The notes under the pieces were generated by a model. The model made no database searches, had not been told where the DNA came from, and saw nothing but the letters and a program-made list of their open reading frames with translations. This document shows, in pieces, positions 1 through 8,080 of a DNA stretch of 26,503 bases; positions within the stretch are counted from its first letter, which is position 1; each line of letters opens with the position of its first letter. The stretch comes from a virus. Taxonomy: Duplodnaviria > Caudoviricetes. A program made the position numbers and the translations under genes. Where the stretch lies: the IMG/VR virus record IMGVR_UViG_3300020595_000167, positions 1-26,503 of that record; one strand, written 5' to 3'.

Positions 1-986
1 CTTACGTTTTGCCATTTGGGTCTATACACAAAGTTTGAGTGATAATTTATTAAATCTCTTCTACCCTCTCCATGAACCCACTTTTCAAACTCTCTTATAT
101 TAAACAAATTAAACACACTTACAGTAAATTGATATGATATCTTTATGTCTGAAGCAAACAACAACATTTGTTTAGTGTTTCTTGTCCATTGTTTCCAAGT
201 GTGTGGATATCTTATATAATTATAATTGGCATCAGTTCCATCCACCGATAAATTAATCTTGGCACTTTTAAAATTACACATTTTTTCATAGATGTCTGTA
301 CCTTTGTATGTGCCGTTTGTAGTTAGTGAAAGTTCTATATGAGATGAATGTCCAGTTTCTAACATGTAGTCCATCACCTCATGTACTTGTGGAATCAATG
401 TTGGTTCACCACCAGTAAACTTTAATGTTCTTATGTGTTTTGCATTTTCTTTTATTTTTTCATAAAAAGCAGGGTTTTGCCACCATTGTAATTCATCTGT
501 TAAACCTGCTTGTTTATAGTCTGCCCATATTTTCTTTTTTGATTCTTTATTGTTTCCAGATTTATGCCACCAATCCTCTTTATAATTGTTCCACTTTTCT
601 TTTGCAATAAGAGAACTAGATGCAGCGTCACACATATTGCACATTAGATTACACTTACTACCAAGTTTTAAGTCTACATACGACCATTCATGTTCGGTTA
701 CAAGGTCATTTTCTAATTGCCAATTAGAACCTAGTCTCATACTTTTCATACCAGCTGCTTCTTGATCCCAACATTTATCACATCTTTGATCTTTTACACC
801 ATTCGCCAAATTATTTCTTAGTGATTTCCACCAATCTGTTTCCCCATGATTTTCATTCCACATTGGTGGTTGGTTATTGCGAGGCAAAATTGCAGAACAA
901 CAAGGTTTATTCATTCCATCTGTAGATATACATATCCCACCATGTGCATAAACACACAGCGTGTTTTTTTTGTTAACATCCATCAT
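1..986 (-). CDS. Radical SAM protein with N-terminal Cys-containing (SPASM/twitch-like) domain, partial (runs off window start); paralog of 1884..3164
   Basis: Not in ORF track. Manual translation from ATG at 986 (ATGA overlap with upstream stop): MMDVNKKNTLCVYAHGG...KPCC...CDKCW...LKLGSKCNLMCNMC...IRTLKFTGGEPTLIPQVHEVMDYM. Has CxxxCxxC and GGEP motifs. Confidence 0.92.
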   Translation of the reverse strand, partial: MMDVNKKNTLCVYAHGGICISTDGMNKPCCSAILPRNNQPPMWNENHGETDWWKSLRNNLANGVKDQRCDKCWDQEAAGMKSMRLGSNWQLENDLVTEHEWSYVDLKLGSKCNLMCNMCDAASSSLIAKEKWNNYKEDWWHKSGNNKESKKKIWADYKQAGLTDELQWWQNPAFYEKIKENAKHIRTLKFTGGEPTLIPQVHEVMDYMLETGHSSHIELSLTTNGTYKGTDIYEKMCNFKSAKINLSVDGTDANYNYIRYPHTWKQWTRNTKQMLLFASDIKISYQFTVSVFNLFNIREFEKWVHGEGRRDLINYHSNFVYRPKWQNV

Positions 987-1921
987 TCTCTCACTTGTAA
1001 TGTTTCGGTGTTACCATCGTCTAATTGATTCACATACTTCATTAGGTCTATCTCTTTAAGTATCTTCATCTTAGAAACTGTAAACTTAGAGTTACTATCT
1101 GACACCACATCGCCTGCACTGAACTCTACCATGAATAGATGCCAATTAGGATTTGCACCCATTGCCATCCACTCTTTTAACACCCATGTCAACGGTGCAA
1201 GTGCTATGCCTGGGTTCTTTGTTGCATCAATAGGTGACTTACCACCTCTAGTCGCATCGTATGTTTCGCCTATTTCATATACCATATGTGGTCTATATAT
1301 TCCACGATAGTTTTCACCCAACAGTTTCCAACTGATACATTTATAGTCTGGTGGCATATTGTCGTATGACTCTTTTTGTTTGTTCATCCAGTTTGGTAGC
1401 CCAGTCGTCTTGTGGAACTGGGCAGAACGAAAATCACAGTTAGTAAATCTAGCGCCTGTCCATATAGTACCTCGCCCATTTATCTCACGAAAGTCTGCTT
1501 TTCTACAATCTGACCCAGTAAAGTCCACGAACTGTAATCTGGCACTGTAGAAGTTTACACTTCGCATCATGGAATCTAGTATACGACCACCACTCATTGA
1601 AACATGACTTAGATTTGCATGTCTCATGTTACAGTTGATAAACTGTACACCCTTGAGGTTAGCGCCCGTAAAGTCTGTGTCTCTTATGTGTCCAAACTTA
1701 AATACACAGCCTGATAAGTCTGCATCCCTAAAACTACAATGATCTAGATAGATGCCATCCATGACTCTATTCTTCATAACTATACCATCAAAGTTTAGAT
1801 TAAGAAAGTCTGGATTGTCTCTGCCTGTTAGGATATCTGAATCAATACCCTTACCAGCATCCAAAAGCTGCTCTAAAGTTTCATCATATACTTTGACACC
1901 CTCTAGATTGTATATCATCAA
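983..1921 (-). CDS. Pentapeptide-repeat protein with conserved uncharacterised C-terminal domain
   Basis: A(D/N)LxG/xxFxx repeats (CSFRDADLSGCVFKF, TDFTGANLKGVQFIN). C-terminal ~130 aa similar to 3167..4051. AGGAG upstream; start TTG 1921 or ATG 1918. Confidence 0.9.
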   Translation of the reverse strand: MMIYNLEGVKVYDETLEQLLDAGKGIDSDILTGRDNPDFLNLNFDGIVMKNRVMDGIYLDHCSFRDADLSGCVFKFGHIRDTDFTGANLKGVQFINCNMRHANLSHVSMSGGRILDSMMRSVNFYSARLQFVDFTGSDCRKADFREINGRGTIWTGARFTNCDFRSAQFHKTTGLPNWMNKQKESYDNMPPDYKCISWKLLGENYRGIYRPHMVYEIGETYDATRGGKSPIDATKNPGIALAPLTWVLKEWMAMGANPNWHLFMVEFSAGDVVSDSNSKFTVSKMKILKEIDLMKYVNQLDDGNTETLQVRE

Positions 1922-3164
1922 ATATTCTCCTTAAACCAAACGTATCTATTGAATCATAGTTAGGTCGTTTTACTCTTAATTTATCTTTTATTAATGTGTC
2001 TTGTTTTAACTTTTGCATTACTTCATTCTTCTCTTCTATAGATATATATGGTCTAGATTCGATAAAGTTAATTGCAGTTGTAGTCATCTTAGGATACTTC
2101 TTTTGTCCTTCTTTTAAATATACTAATGCCTTTTCTAATACATCATCTGGTAGATATCTTACGTTGTGGTGTCTAGGCCAAAACACTGGGTGTAATGTAT
2201 ATCCCCCTCTATAACTTTTGCAACCACCAACTTCGTGAAACCATTTTGACATCTCTACGATGTTAAACAGATTAAATGCACTCATTGTAAATTGGTAGTT
2301 TAATTTTATTTCACCTTTATACAGTTGTAGTTGTTTTATATTTTGTTGCCACTGTTCCCACGAATGTGGATACCTTATATAATTATAGTTAGCACCAGTG
2401 CCATCTACACTCATTCGTATTTGTGATGAACGAAAGTGTAACATATCTTCCCATAGTTTTAGACTTTTGTTTGTTCCGTTTGTAGTAATTCGTATGTGAA
2501 TGTGTTTAGCATGTCCAGACTTAACCATCCAATCCATCACCTCATGGACTTGTGGTATTACAGTAGGTTCTCCACCAGTAAATTTTAGTGTTCTTATGTG
2601 TTCTGCATTTGATTTTAACTTATCATAAAAAGCAGGGTCTTCATACCACTGTTTCTTCTCTGTAAAACCACCCAACTCATAATACTTCCGTGTCTGTTTT
2701 TTAAACTCCTCATGGTGTGATGGAAACAATCCTTCCTCTAATTCTCCTGGCCATTGTTCGTCCATATTATCGTACATTTCTTTTGCAATTAGTGAACTAG
2801 ATGGAGATTTACACATTGAACACATCAAGTTACATTTACTACCAAGTTTTAAGTCTACATACGACCAAGGGTGTATGTTTACTTTATCCTCTTCTTGAAA
2901 TTCATTACCACAAAGTCTCATACTTTGTATACCAGATGCTTCTAAATCCCAGCACTTTACACACCTTGAGTCTTTTATACCATTGTCTAAGTTGTCTCTT
3001 AGTGATGTCCACCATTGAGATTCATTGTGATCTTCACTCCAATGTGGTTTTTCACCTTCACCTTTTTTTATTTGACAACACGGTTTCGTGTATCCATTTG
3101 TGGATATACTCATACCACCATGTGCAAAAATACATTTTGTGTTATCTTTGGTGGTGGTTATCAT
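1884..3164 (-). CDS. Radical SAM protein with N-terminal SPASM/twitch-like Cys domain
   Basis: CNLMCSMC, FTGGEP, TTNGT and SVDG motifs; N-terminal C...PCC...CxxC. Confidence 0.93.
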   Translation of the reverse strand: MITTTKDNTKCIFAHGGMSISTNGYTKPCCQIKKGEGEKPHWSEDHNESQWWTSLRDNLDNGIKDSRCVKCWDLEASGIQSMRLCGNEFQEEDKVNIHPWSYVDLKLGSKCNLMCSMCKSPSSSLIAKEMYDNMDEQWPGELEEGLFPSHHEEFKKQTRKYYELGGFTEKKQWYEDPAFYDKLKSNAEHIRTLKFTGGEPTVIPQVHEVMDWMVKSGHAKHIHIRITTNGTNKSLKLWEDMLHFRSSQIRMSVDGTGANYNYIRYPHSWEQWQQNIKQLQLYKGEIKLNYQFTMSAFNLFNIVEMSKWFHEVGGCKSYRGGYTLHPVFWPRHHNVRYLPDDVLEKALVYLKEGQKKYPKMTTTAINFIESRPYISIEEKNEVMQKLKQDTLIKDKLRVKRPNYDSIDTFGLRRIFDDIQSRGCQSI

Positions 3165-3166
3165 TG

Positions 3167-4051
3167 TTAATCTTTCAAATCCTCATAAAATTTTGCAATA
3201 GGATATTCCTTGATAATTTTCATCTTTTTAAGGTTGAACTTCGCATTACCCTCTGCATTTATTACATCGCCTGCTTTAAAAGAAATAAGAAATAGTTTCC
3301 AATTAGGATTCGCACCCATCATATTCCATTCTTTTAATACCCAATCAATAGGTGCAACAGCAATACCACTGTTAATATCTCCACCTCGACCATCTAACTC
3401 TGTTTTAAGTTCTTTGAATCCAGCTTCTTGTTGTTCTGCATCTGCTTCCATACCCACATAATATTTTATCTTTGGATGATATATACCATAACCATCCTGC
3501 TGTGTAAGTTTCCATGCATGACAAATAGTATCAGGCTCCATGATTTTATATTGATAACTAGAATTGATCATCCAATCGTGTATTTTCGCATGTTCTAGTT
3601 GTGTTCCTCGCATCGCTATACCCTTTAACCAACAATTTGTAAAGTCTGTATGTGGGAATCTAGCGTTACGAAAGTTACACATTCTTAAATCTGTGTCGGT
3701 AAAATCACATCGTTTACCATTTACATCTGTAAAGTCACACCTAACCATCATATTGTCTGTAAGTATGCTGTCCTTAATAGTTGCGCCCACAAACCTACTC
3801 TCTCGTAAATTACAATTTATTATTGTAACGCCAGTCATGTCTGCGCCTGTAAAGTCACTACCTCTCATGTATAGATTTTTAAATGTAGAACCAGATAGGT
3901 TAGCGCCTCTAAAAGAACACCTATCAAAGTCTTGTCCTTTTTCGTCTATGTCTGGATGACACACCCAAGTGTTGCCCAATCCATCCATCTCAAATACTTG
4001 ATTAGATAAATCTTTACCATCAAAGTTTCTATTTTTAGGGAATAAATTCAT
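3167..4051 (-). CDS. Pentapeptide-repeat protein with conserved C-terminal domain
   Basis: Repeats CSFRGANLSGSTFKN, SDFTGADMTG, CDFTDTDLRMCNFRN. Start placed at ATG 4051 because of TAATG coupling to the upstream stop (ORF track extends to 4084). Confidence 0.9.
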   Translation of the reverse strand: MNLFPKNRNFDGKDLSNQVFEMDGLGNTWVCHPDIDEKGQDFDRCSFRGANLSGSTFKNLYMRGSDFTGADMTGVTIINCNLRESRFVGATIKDSILTDNMMVRCDFTDVNGKRCDFTDTDLRMCNFRNARFPHTDFTNCWLKGIAMRGTQLEHAKIHDWMINSSYQYKIMEPDTICHAWKLTQQDGYGIYHPKIKYYVGMEADAEQQEAGFKELKTELDGRGGDINSGIAVAPIDWVLKEWNMMGANPNWKLFLISFKAGDVINAEGNAKFNLKKMKIIKEYPIAKFYEDLKD

Positions 4052-4614
4052 TAGTCCATCTTTCCTTCCTCTGGGAATAACCACCAGCCTGTTGATATGT
4101 ATTTAGAATGTTTATACACTGGATTGCCACGATGTTGCCATGGAAAGGATGCTGGAAAGATTGTCATCATTCCCCTTTTGGGCTGTATCTTGATATCCTC
4201 TAATAAAAATTGTGTCTCACCCTCACCTTCTGGCACATCGTTTAGATACAATGTCCAAGTCAATACTCTACGAATGTTTTTGTAGTGAGATATTTCCGAA
4301 TGGAAATTATGAAAACCACCACCATGTATGGCAGTCCTTTGTATTTTAGTTTCTTCTGATACTAGTTTCTTTGCTCCCTTATACACATAAGGAAACTCAT
4401 CTAGGTACATGTCTAGAGTTGTTCTCTTGACTTGTTCTATCTTATTGTACAAATGAGTACCCACTGGCACCCACTTCTGCAAATCATTTCTTGTATCTCT
4501 ATTAGCAGTTACAGTTTTAGATTCCGTATCCTCACGAAACCAATGTAACATTTCTTTGACTAGTTCATGATCTGCTGCATTTGTGTAACATCGACAAAAA
4601 TCACTTAGGTTCAT
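4051..4614 (-). CDS. 2OG-Fe(II) oxygenase (prolyl 4-hydroxylase-like)
   Basis: HxE (FHSE), TLYLND..EGET.F, FPA.F...HRG.PV and KY..TGW motifs. Confidence 0.88.
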   Translation of the reverse strand: MNLSDFCRCYTNAADHELVKEMLHWFREDTESKTVTANRDTRNDLQKWVPVGTHLYNKIEQVKRTTLDMYLDEFPYVYKGAKKLVSEETKIQRTAIHGGGFHNFHSEISHYKNIRRVLTWTLYLNDVPEGEGETQFLLEDIKIQPKRGMMTIFPASFPWQHRGNPVYKHSKYISTGWWLFPEEGKMD

Positions 4615-4823
4615 TTCGCTTTCAACGTATCTATAATCGCCTTTGACAACTCATCAAAGGTTCTCATCCCACTAATTTCGTTGTTTAGTACACTTATCTC
4701 TTTATAGATAGCATCTTGTGTTGATTTGATATCTACTACTGCTTTCTCTATGGTAATAAAAGCACCACCTACAGCAGCACCAATCATCAGCAATAAAGAT
4801 ATTACTATTGTTTTATATATCAT
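4611..4823 (-). CDS. Small protein with N-terminal TM/signal segment and short coiled coil
   Basis: Hydrophobic N-terminus; ATGA overlaps with both neighbours. Confidence 0.7.
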   Translation of the reverse strand: MIYKTIVISLLLMIGAAVGGAFITIEKAVVDIKSTQDAIYKEISVLNNEISGMRTFDELSKAIIDTLKAK

Positions 4824-5128
4824 ATTTTACTCCATCCTACATTATCACACTTGTATTTAGTTGTACCGATAAGAACCATATCTCCAACCATAGTGCTTCT
4901 ACAAGCTTTACCATCAAACATTTTTTCTACATTGGCGTTTTCCCACCAACCACAATCAATATTGTTTGTCAACATAAATGCTTCTTCTAATTTATCTGCA
5001 TCGGTTTTTTCTTTATCGACATAAACAAAAGCAACTACTGTGGGGCCATTCTCATTTGCATGGATGACACTCACTTTTTCTAGTTTGCTCTTTTCATAAT
5101 TTTCTAATAGTGCATCAATTTTTGTCAC
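4820..5128 (-). CDS. Hypothetical phage protein (probably early)
   Basis: GAGGA RBS, directly downstream of a sigma70-like promoter; RSTMVGD motif. Confidence 0.7.
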   Translation of the reverse strand: MTKIDALLENYEKSKLEKVSVIHANENGPTVVAFVYVDKEKTDADKLEEAFMLTNNIDCGWWENANVEKMFDGKACRSTMVGDMVLIGTTKYKCDNVGWSKI

Positions 5129-5152
5129 ATACTTATCCTCTCATTAATACTA

Positions 5153-5181
5153 ATACTACCACATAGGAGGGCTATTGTCAA
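5153..5181 (-). promoter_or_regulatory. Sigma70-type early promoter
   Basis: TTGACA-17 nt-TAGTAT with TG extended -10. Confidence 0.75.
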
Positions 5182-5340
5182 GTAAAAAATAAGAAATGTT
5201 TGTATTTAGTGGTGGATATCACCCATTTCTCATCTTGAAAGCACCAAAGCTTTACCAATCCACTCTCCTTTGTTGTTTACTCCCTTTTGAACGAGTCTTA
5301 CTCTGCTTCTTAGGCCACGTTAGTGTGGGGAGTTGACCTA

Positions 5341-5598
5341 CTATACGGGCATGCCCGTAATTCCAAAACCACCCATTTTTTCGGGCGTAGTAAGAACAAC
5401 ATTTGCCTCTTCGGGCGTTGCAAAGTACTCTGTGAACCTATCATAAGGTTCAATACCATATTCAGCCTTACAGACTTTACCGACATACCAACCAGCGGCA
5501 GACGCCATCACGATTGGTTCAGAAACTTCCATAGTTTCTCCATACATAGTTACTGTATTGAACTCGATTTCTTTGATTTCTTTTTGTACTTTAAACAT
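5341..5598 (-). CDS. Hypothetical phage protein
   Basis: GGGAGA RBS; SAAGWYVG...EPYDR.TEYFAT motif. Confidence 0.75.
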   Translation of the reverse strand: MFKVQKEIKEIEFNTVTMYGETMEVSEPIVMASAAGWYVGKVCKAEYGIEPYDRFTEYFATPEEANVVLTTPEKMGGFGITGMPV

Positions 5599-5615
5599 AA
5601 TATATTCTCCCTAAA

Positions 5616-5852
5616 TTAACTAATGTTCCATTTGACTTGAAGTTTTCCAGATTTCAAACAATCTGAAAGATACTTGATGTAATTTGCAGCAGAGGTTTTC
5701 TCATCAGAAGCACCTTCTGTAATATTGATGTAGGCACTTTCTAAAGATTCTGCCATGTTTTTTTCTGCAACACCAAAATCCATAATGTATTGACCACCAT
5801 TTTCAATGTGCATTTTTTTATCTCTCCACTCTTCACCAAACAGTATACTCAT
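5616..5852 (-). CDS. Hypothetical protein
   Basis: TAATG coupling with upstream ORF. Confidence 0.65.
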   Translation of the reverse strand: MSILFGEEWRDKKMHIENGGQYIMDFGVAEKNMAESLESAYINITEGASDEKTSAANYIKYLSDCLKSGKLQVKWNIS

Positions 5853-6040
5853 TATTGTGTTAACCCCTTCTCATTCATTAAATTTCTAACCATTATTAAT
5901 CTTTTTTCCAAACCAATCCAAACCTTTTCGTTTGTTTCAAACTGCATCATGTGTGGTAACACACGAGCAAGTCTCTTGATTGATTCTGGCTTATCCTTAA
6001 TATTCTTTTTTAGAACTGAAACTGAAACCATTTTACTCAT
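5852..6040 (-). CDS. Hypothetical basic protein
   Basis: Start placed at ATG 6040 (MSKMVSV), TAATG-coupled to the 6040..6354 stop. Confidence 0.6.
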   Translation of the reverse strand: MSKMVSVSVLKKNIKDKPESIKRLARVLPHMMQFETNEKVWIGLEKRLIMVRNLMNEKGLTQ

Positions 6041-6354
6041 TATCCTGCTACTCCGTTTACTTCCCAATTAAACACGGCGATTGCATCATTCCAAAGTGTC
6101 ATTGCATCTTCATCATTTGCAAAACCTTCTTCACTCGCAAAATCCATTGAAGAACCACCAGCAACATTGTCTGCAATACCTTTTGTCTTTAGGGCATATG
6201 CAATCATCTCTGGTGTCTTACCCCATGCAACCAATTCACCACAACCATTACCATACATCTGAATACCACCATTGTGGGCATTGATGTACCTAATAGGATT
6301 TTTCTTTTCTGTAGTGTCTTGCATCTCAAAGGTTTTCTCAATTTTTTTCATCAT
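6040..6354 (-). CDS. Hypothetical protein (first gene after early promoter)
   Basis: ORF directly downstream of the promoter at 6387-6415. Confidence 0.7.
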   Translation of the reverse strand: MMKKIEKTFEMQDTTEKKNPIRYINAHNGGIQMYGNGCGELVAWGKTPEMIAYALKTKGIADNVAGGSSMDFASEEGFANDEDAMTLWNDAIAVFNWEVNGVAG

Positions 6355-6386
6355 TTAATCTCTCTTTCAATTCATCTTACTTAATT

Positions 6387-6415
6387 AATATACAACACTT
6401 TTTAGGTAAAGTCAA
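6387..6415 (-). promoter_or_regulatory. Sigma70-type early promoter
   Basis: TTGACT-17 nt-TATATT. Confidence 0.65.
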
Positions 6416-6422
6416 CCCCCTT

Positions 6423-6453
6423 TCTGTAATCCTTGCTCACTAAGGGTTACAGA
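6423..6453. terminator. Hairpin at the end of the riboswitch-associated ORF
   Basis: tctgtaatcctt-gctcact-aagggttacaga inverted repeat; no clear U-tract. Confidence 0.35.
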
Positions 6454-6590
6454 GTGGCGTGTATTTTAGAGTTTTTAGGATTATTGCGAATCGGGCGAAT
6501 CACCCTAGACCTACAGTGTAAAATCCACAGTGCCTTGTTTCTCTTATGTTTTTTGATTAATCTCTCTAATTGGTAAATTATCGTATTCAT
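6447..6590 (-). CDS. 47-aa basic peptide downstream of glutamine riboswitch
   Basis: AGGAG (6602-6598) precedes ATG 6590: MNTIIYQLERLIKKHKRNKALWILHCRSRVIRPIRNNPKNSKIHATL. Confidence 0.65.
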   Translation of the reverse strand: MNTIIYQLERLIKKHKRNKALWILHCRSRVIRPIRNNPKNSKIHATL

Positions 6591-6622
6591 ATCTCTACTC
6601 CTTTCGTTACCAAAAGTTTTGA

Positions 6623-6673
6623 GCGTTCCTTCAGCGATGTGCCTACTTCCGTCTGTACGAATAGATGAACGAT
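6623..6673 (-). ncRNA. Glutamine riboswitch (glnA motif, glutamine-I)
   Basis: AUCGUUCAUCU...AGACGGAAGUAGGC...GCUGAAGGAACGC matches the recalled glnA consensus: P1 CGUUC/GAACG and E-loop GGAAGUA/GAAG. Confidence 0.82.
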
Positions 6674-6678
6674 ACAAT

Positions 6679-6686
6679 TATTTATA
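6679..6686 (-). promoter_or_regulatory. T4-type late promoter
   Basis: TATAAATA 5 nt upstream of the riboswitch 5' end. Confidence 0.7.
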
Positions 6687-7230
6687 TATTATGTGGTGTC
6701 CATTTGATAACATCGTCTACTTTGGGTTTGATATGTCTTGTATCTTTGTAAACTTTGTCTGGAATCCTATAACCTATTGAGACTGCCATTGTATACTCAA
6801 CATTTGATGGAAAACATTTAGTGTAAGAAACATCAATATCATATTCTAAACAAAGGCCTGTAAAGATTGTGACAAACATACCGATTTCAACATCAACCTC
6901 ACTTGACGTAACATTTAGTTTACCACCTTTACTTGCAAACAATTCTGATTTCATATGTTCGGTTTCATATACTTCTCTTGGTTGTAACAACAAAACATAT
7001 GGAGCTTTAAGTTGATGATTGTGATAACAATTAGAGAATGTTGAAAGTTCGTAAAGATTGTCTTTTTCTTTTGTGTGTGTATGGTCAAAAACATGTACAC
7101 TATATGGCATCATATTTTGTTTTGATGGTGTCAATTCAAAGGTTTTTTCTAGAATTTGTTGGACTAACTCCTTTGAGGGAACTTTATCTGAAAACTTTTT
7201 TAACTGTTTTCTTTTACTAAAGATTTCCAT
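6682..7230 (-). CDS. Nitroreductase-family flavoprotein
   Basis: N-terminal KRKQLKKFSDK, TPSKQNMMPY and C-terminal SIGY fit the nitroreductase fold pattern. Confidence 0.75.
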   Translation of the reverse strand: MEIFSKRKQLKKFSDKVPSKELVQQILEKTFELTPSKQNMMPYSVHVFDHTHTKEKDNLYELSTFSNCYHNHQLKAPYVLLLQPREVYETEHMKSELFASKGGKLNVTSSEVDVEIGMFVTIFTGLCLEYDIDVSYTKCFPSNVEYTMAVSIGYRIPDKVYKDTRHIKPKVDDVIKWTPHNI

Positions 7231-7231
7231 A

Positions 7232-7894
7232 TCATCGGCGCTTAAGTTCTAACTCTCTCGCAATCCATGCTTTACCTCTAGTATTTCTTAGTTTCTGTCT
7301 AGTTAATGCACGAACTCTTTTGATTGCTTGACCCATAATGTCCTCATCTTTACTATTGTTATCTACAATAACAAAGTTACCTCTAAAAAGGTTTTGAAAC
7401 TTACCTATATTTCTTTGTACATTATTCCATGAAGTGGTTGCTACTGATGTTGGTACACTTCTTTGTCTTTCTGCATTTCTTTGTAGTGCAACATCTAGTG
7501 ATGTATTAACAAATATCATAAATGTATCGTATCCTAGAGTTTCTAGTGTTCTTGCCTGTCCAGCGATTTTATCATAATCGTGTCCAGTTCCATCGATCAC
7601 AAGTCCTAGTCTACCCTCGACATAATTTTCTTGTCTTTGCTTAGTAATTGCTTTAGATCTAGCTCTAATCTTATCTCTAGGTTCTGTTTCTACTTCAGGC
7701 ATCTTTAGAGAAAGGCCAGCGGCTTTGAGTTTTTTCTCAAATATTTCGTCTGAATTTACAATTTTTAAACCCATACCACCAGTGGTTCTTTTTACAACAT
7801 AAGATTTACCACTGCCTGGCCCTCCTGCTAAAAAGAATGCTTTAAGTATATTGGGATCGTAAACTCCTTCTTGTAGTTCTTTGTATGATTTCAT
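7232..7894 (-). CDS. P-loop kinase (zeta-toxin/AAA_33-like)
   Basis: Walker A GGPGSGKS, VNSD, IDGTG and ALQRNAERQR lid; likely start ATG 7894 (MKSYKEL). Confidence 0.8.
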   Translation of the reverse strand: MKSYKELQEGVYDPNILKAFFLAGGPGSGKSYVVKRTTGGMGLKIVNSDEIFEKKLKAAGLSLKMPEVETEPRDKIRARSKAITKQRQENYVEGRLGLVIDGTGHDYDKIAGQARTLETLGYDTFMIFVNTSLDVALQRNAERQRSVPTSVATTSWNNVQRNIGKFQNLFRGNFVIVDNNSKDEDIMGQAIKRVRALTRQKLRNTRGKAWIARELELKRR

Positions 7895-8015
7895 GTTTAA
7901 CCTTATCAATAGTTTTCAGCAAGTATTTATCTTCTTCTGAAAGTGGTTCAAGTGTTCTGTCTCTATTTAAGAATTTGGATTTAGTTCTCATATTAGCCTT
8001 AGTCTTTACGTTCAT
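7842..8015 (-). CDS. Possible 57-aa basic hypothetical protein overlapping the kinase start
   Basis: GAGGG RBS then MNVKTKANMRTKSKFLNRDRTLEPLSEEDKYLLK...; below ORF-track cutoff. Confidence 0.45.
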   Translation of the reverse strand: MNVKTKANMRTKSKFLNRDRTLEPLSEEDKYLLKTIDKVKHEIIQRTTRRSLRSQYT

Positions 8016-8080
8016 GAGTATTTCCCTCTTTTTCTATTATGGTTGAAGCATAACAAATGTTCTATTGATATCCCCCCTTT

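Noticed and set aside
425-4285. Multiple short plus-strand ORFs
   Set aside because: They are antisense shadows of well-supported minus-strand genes; the same applies to similar ORFs elsewhere in the window.
5285-5330. Hammerhead-like three-way junction
   Set aside because: The core reads CUAAGAA/CAAA instead of CUGANGA/GAAA.
6591-6677. N-terminal extension of the 76-aa ORF 6447..6677
   Set aside because: It runs through the riboswitch from a TTG with no RBS; AGGAG supports a start at 6590.
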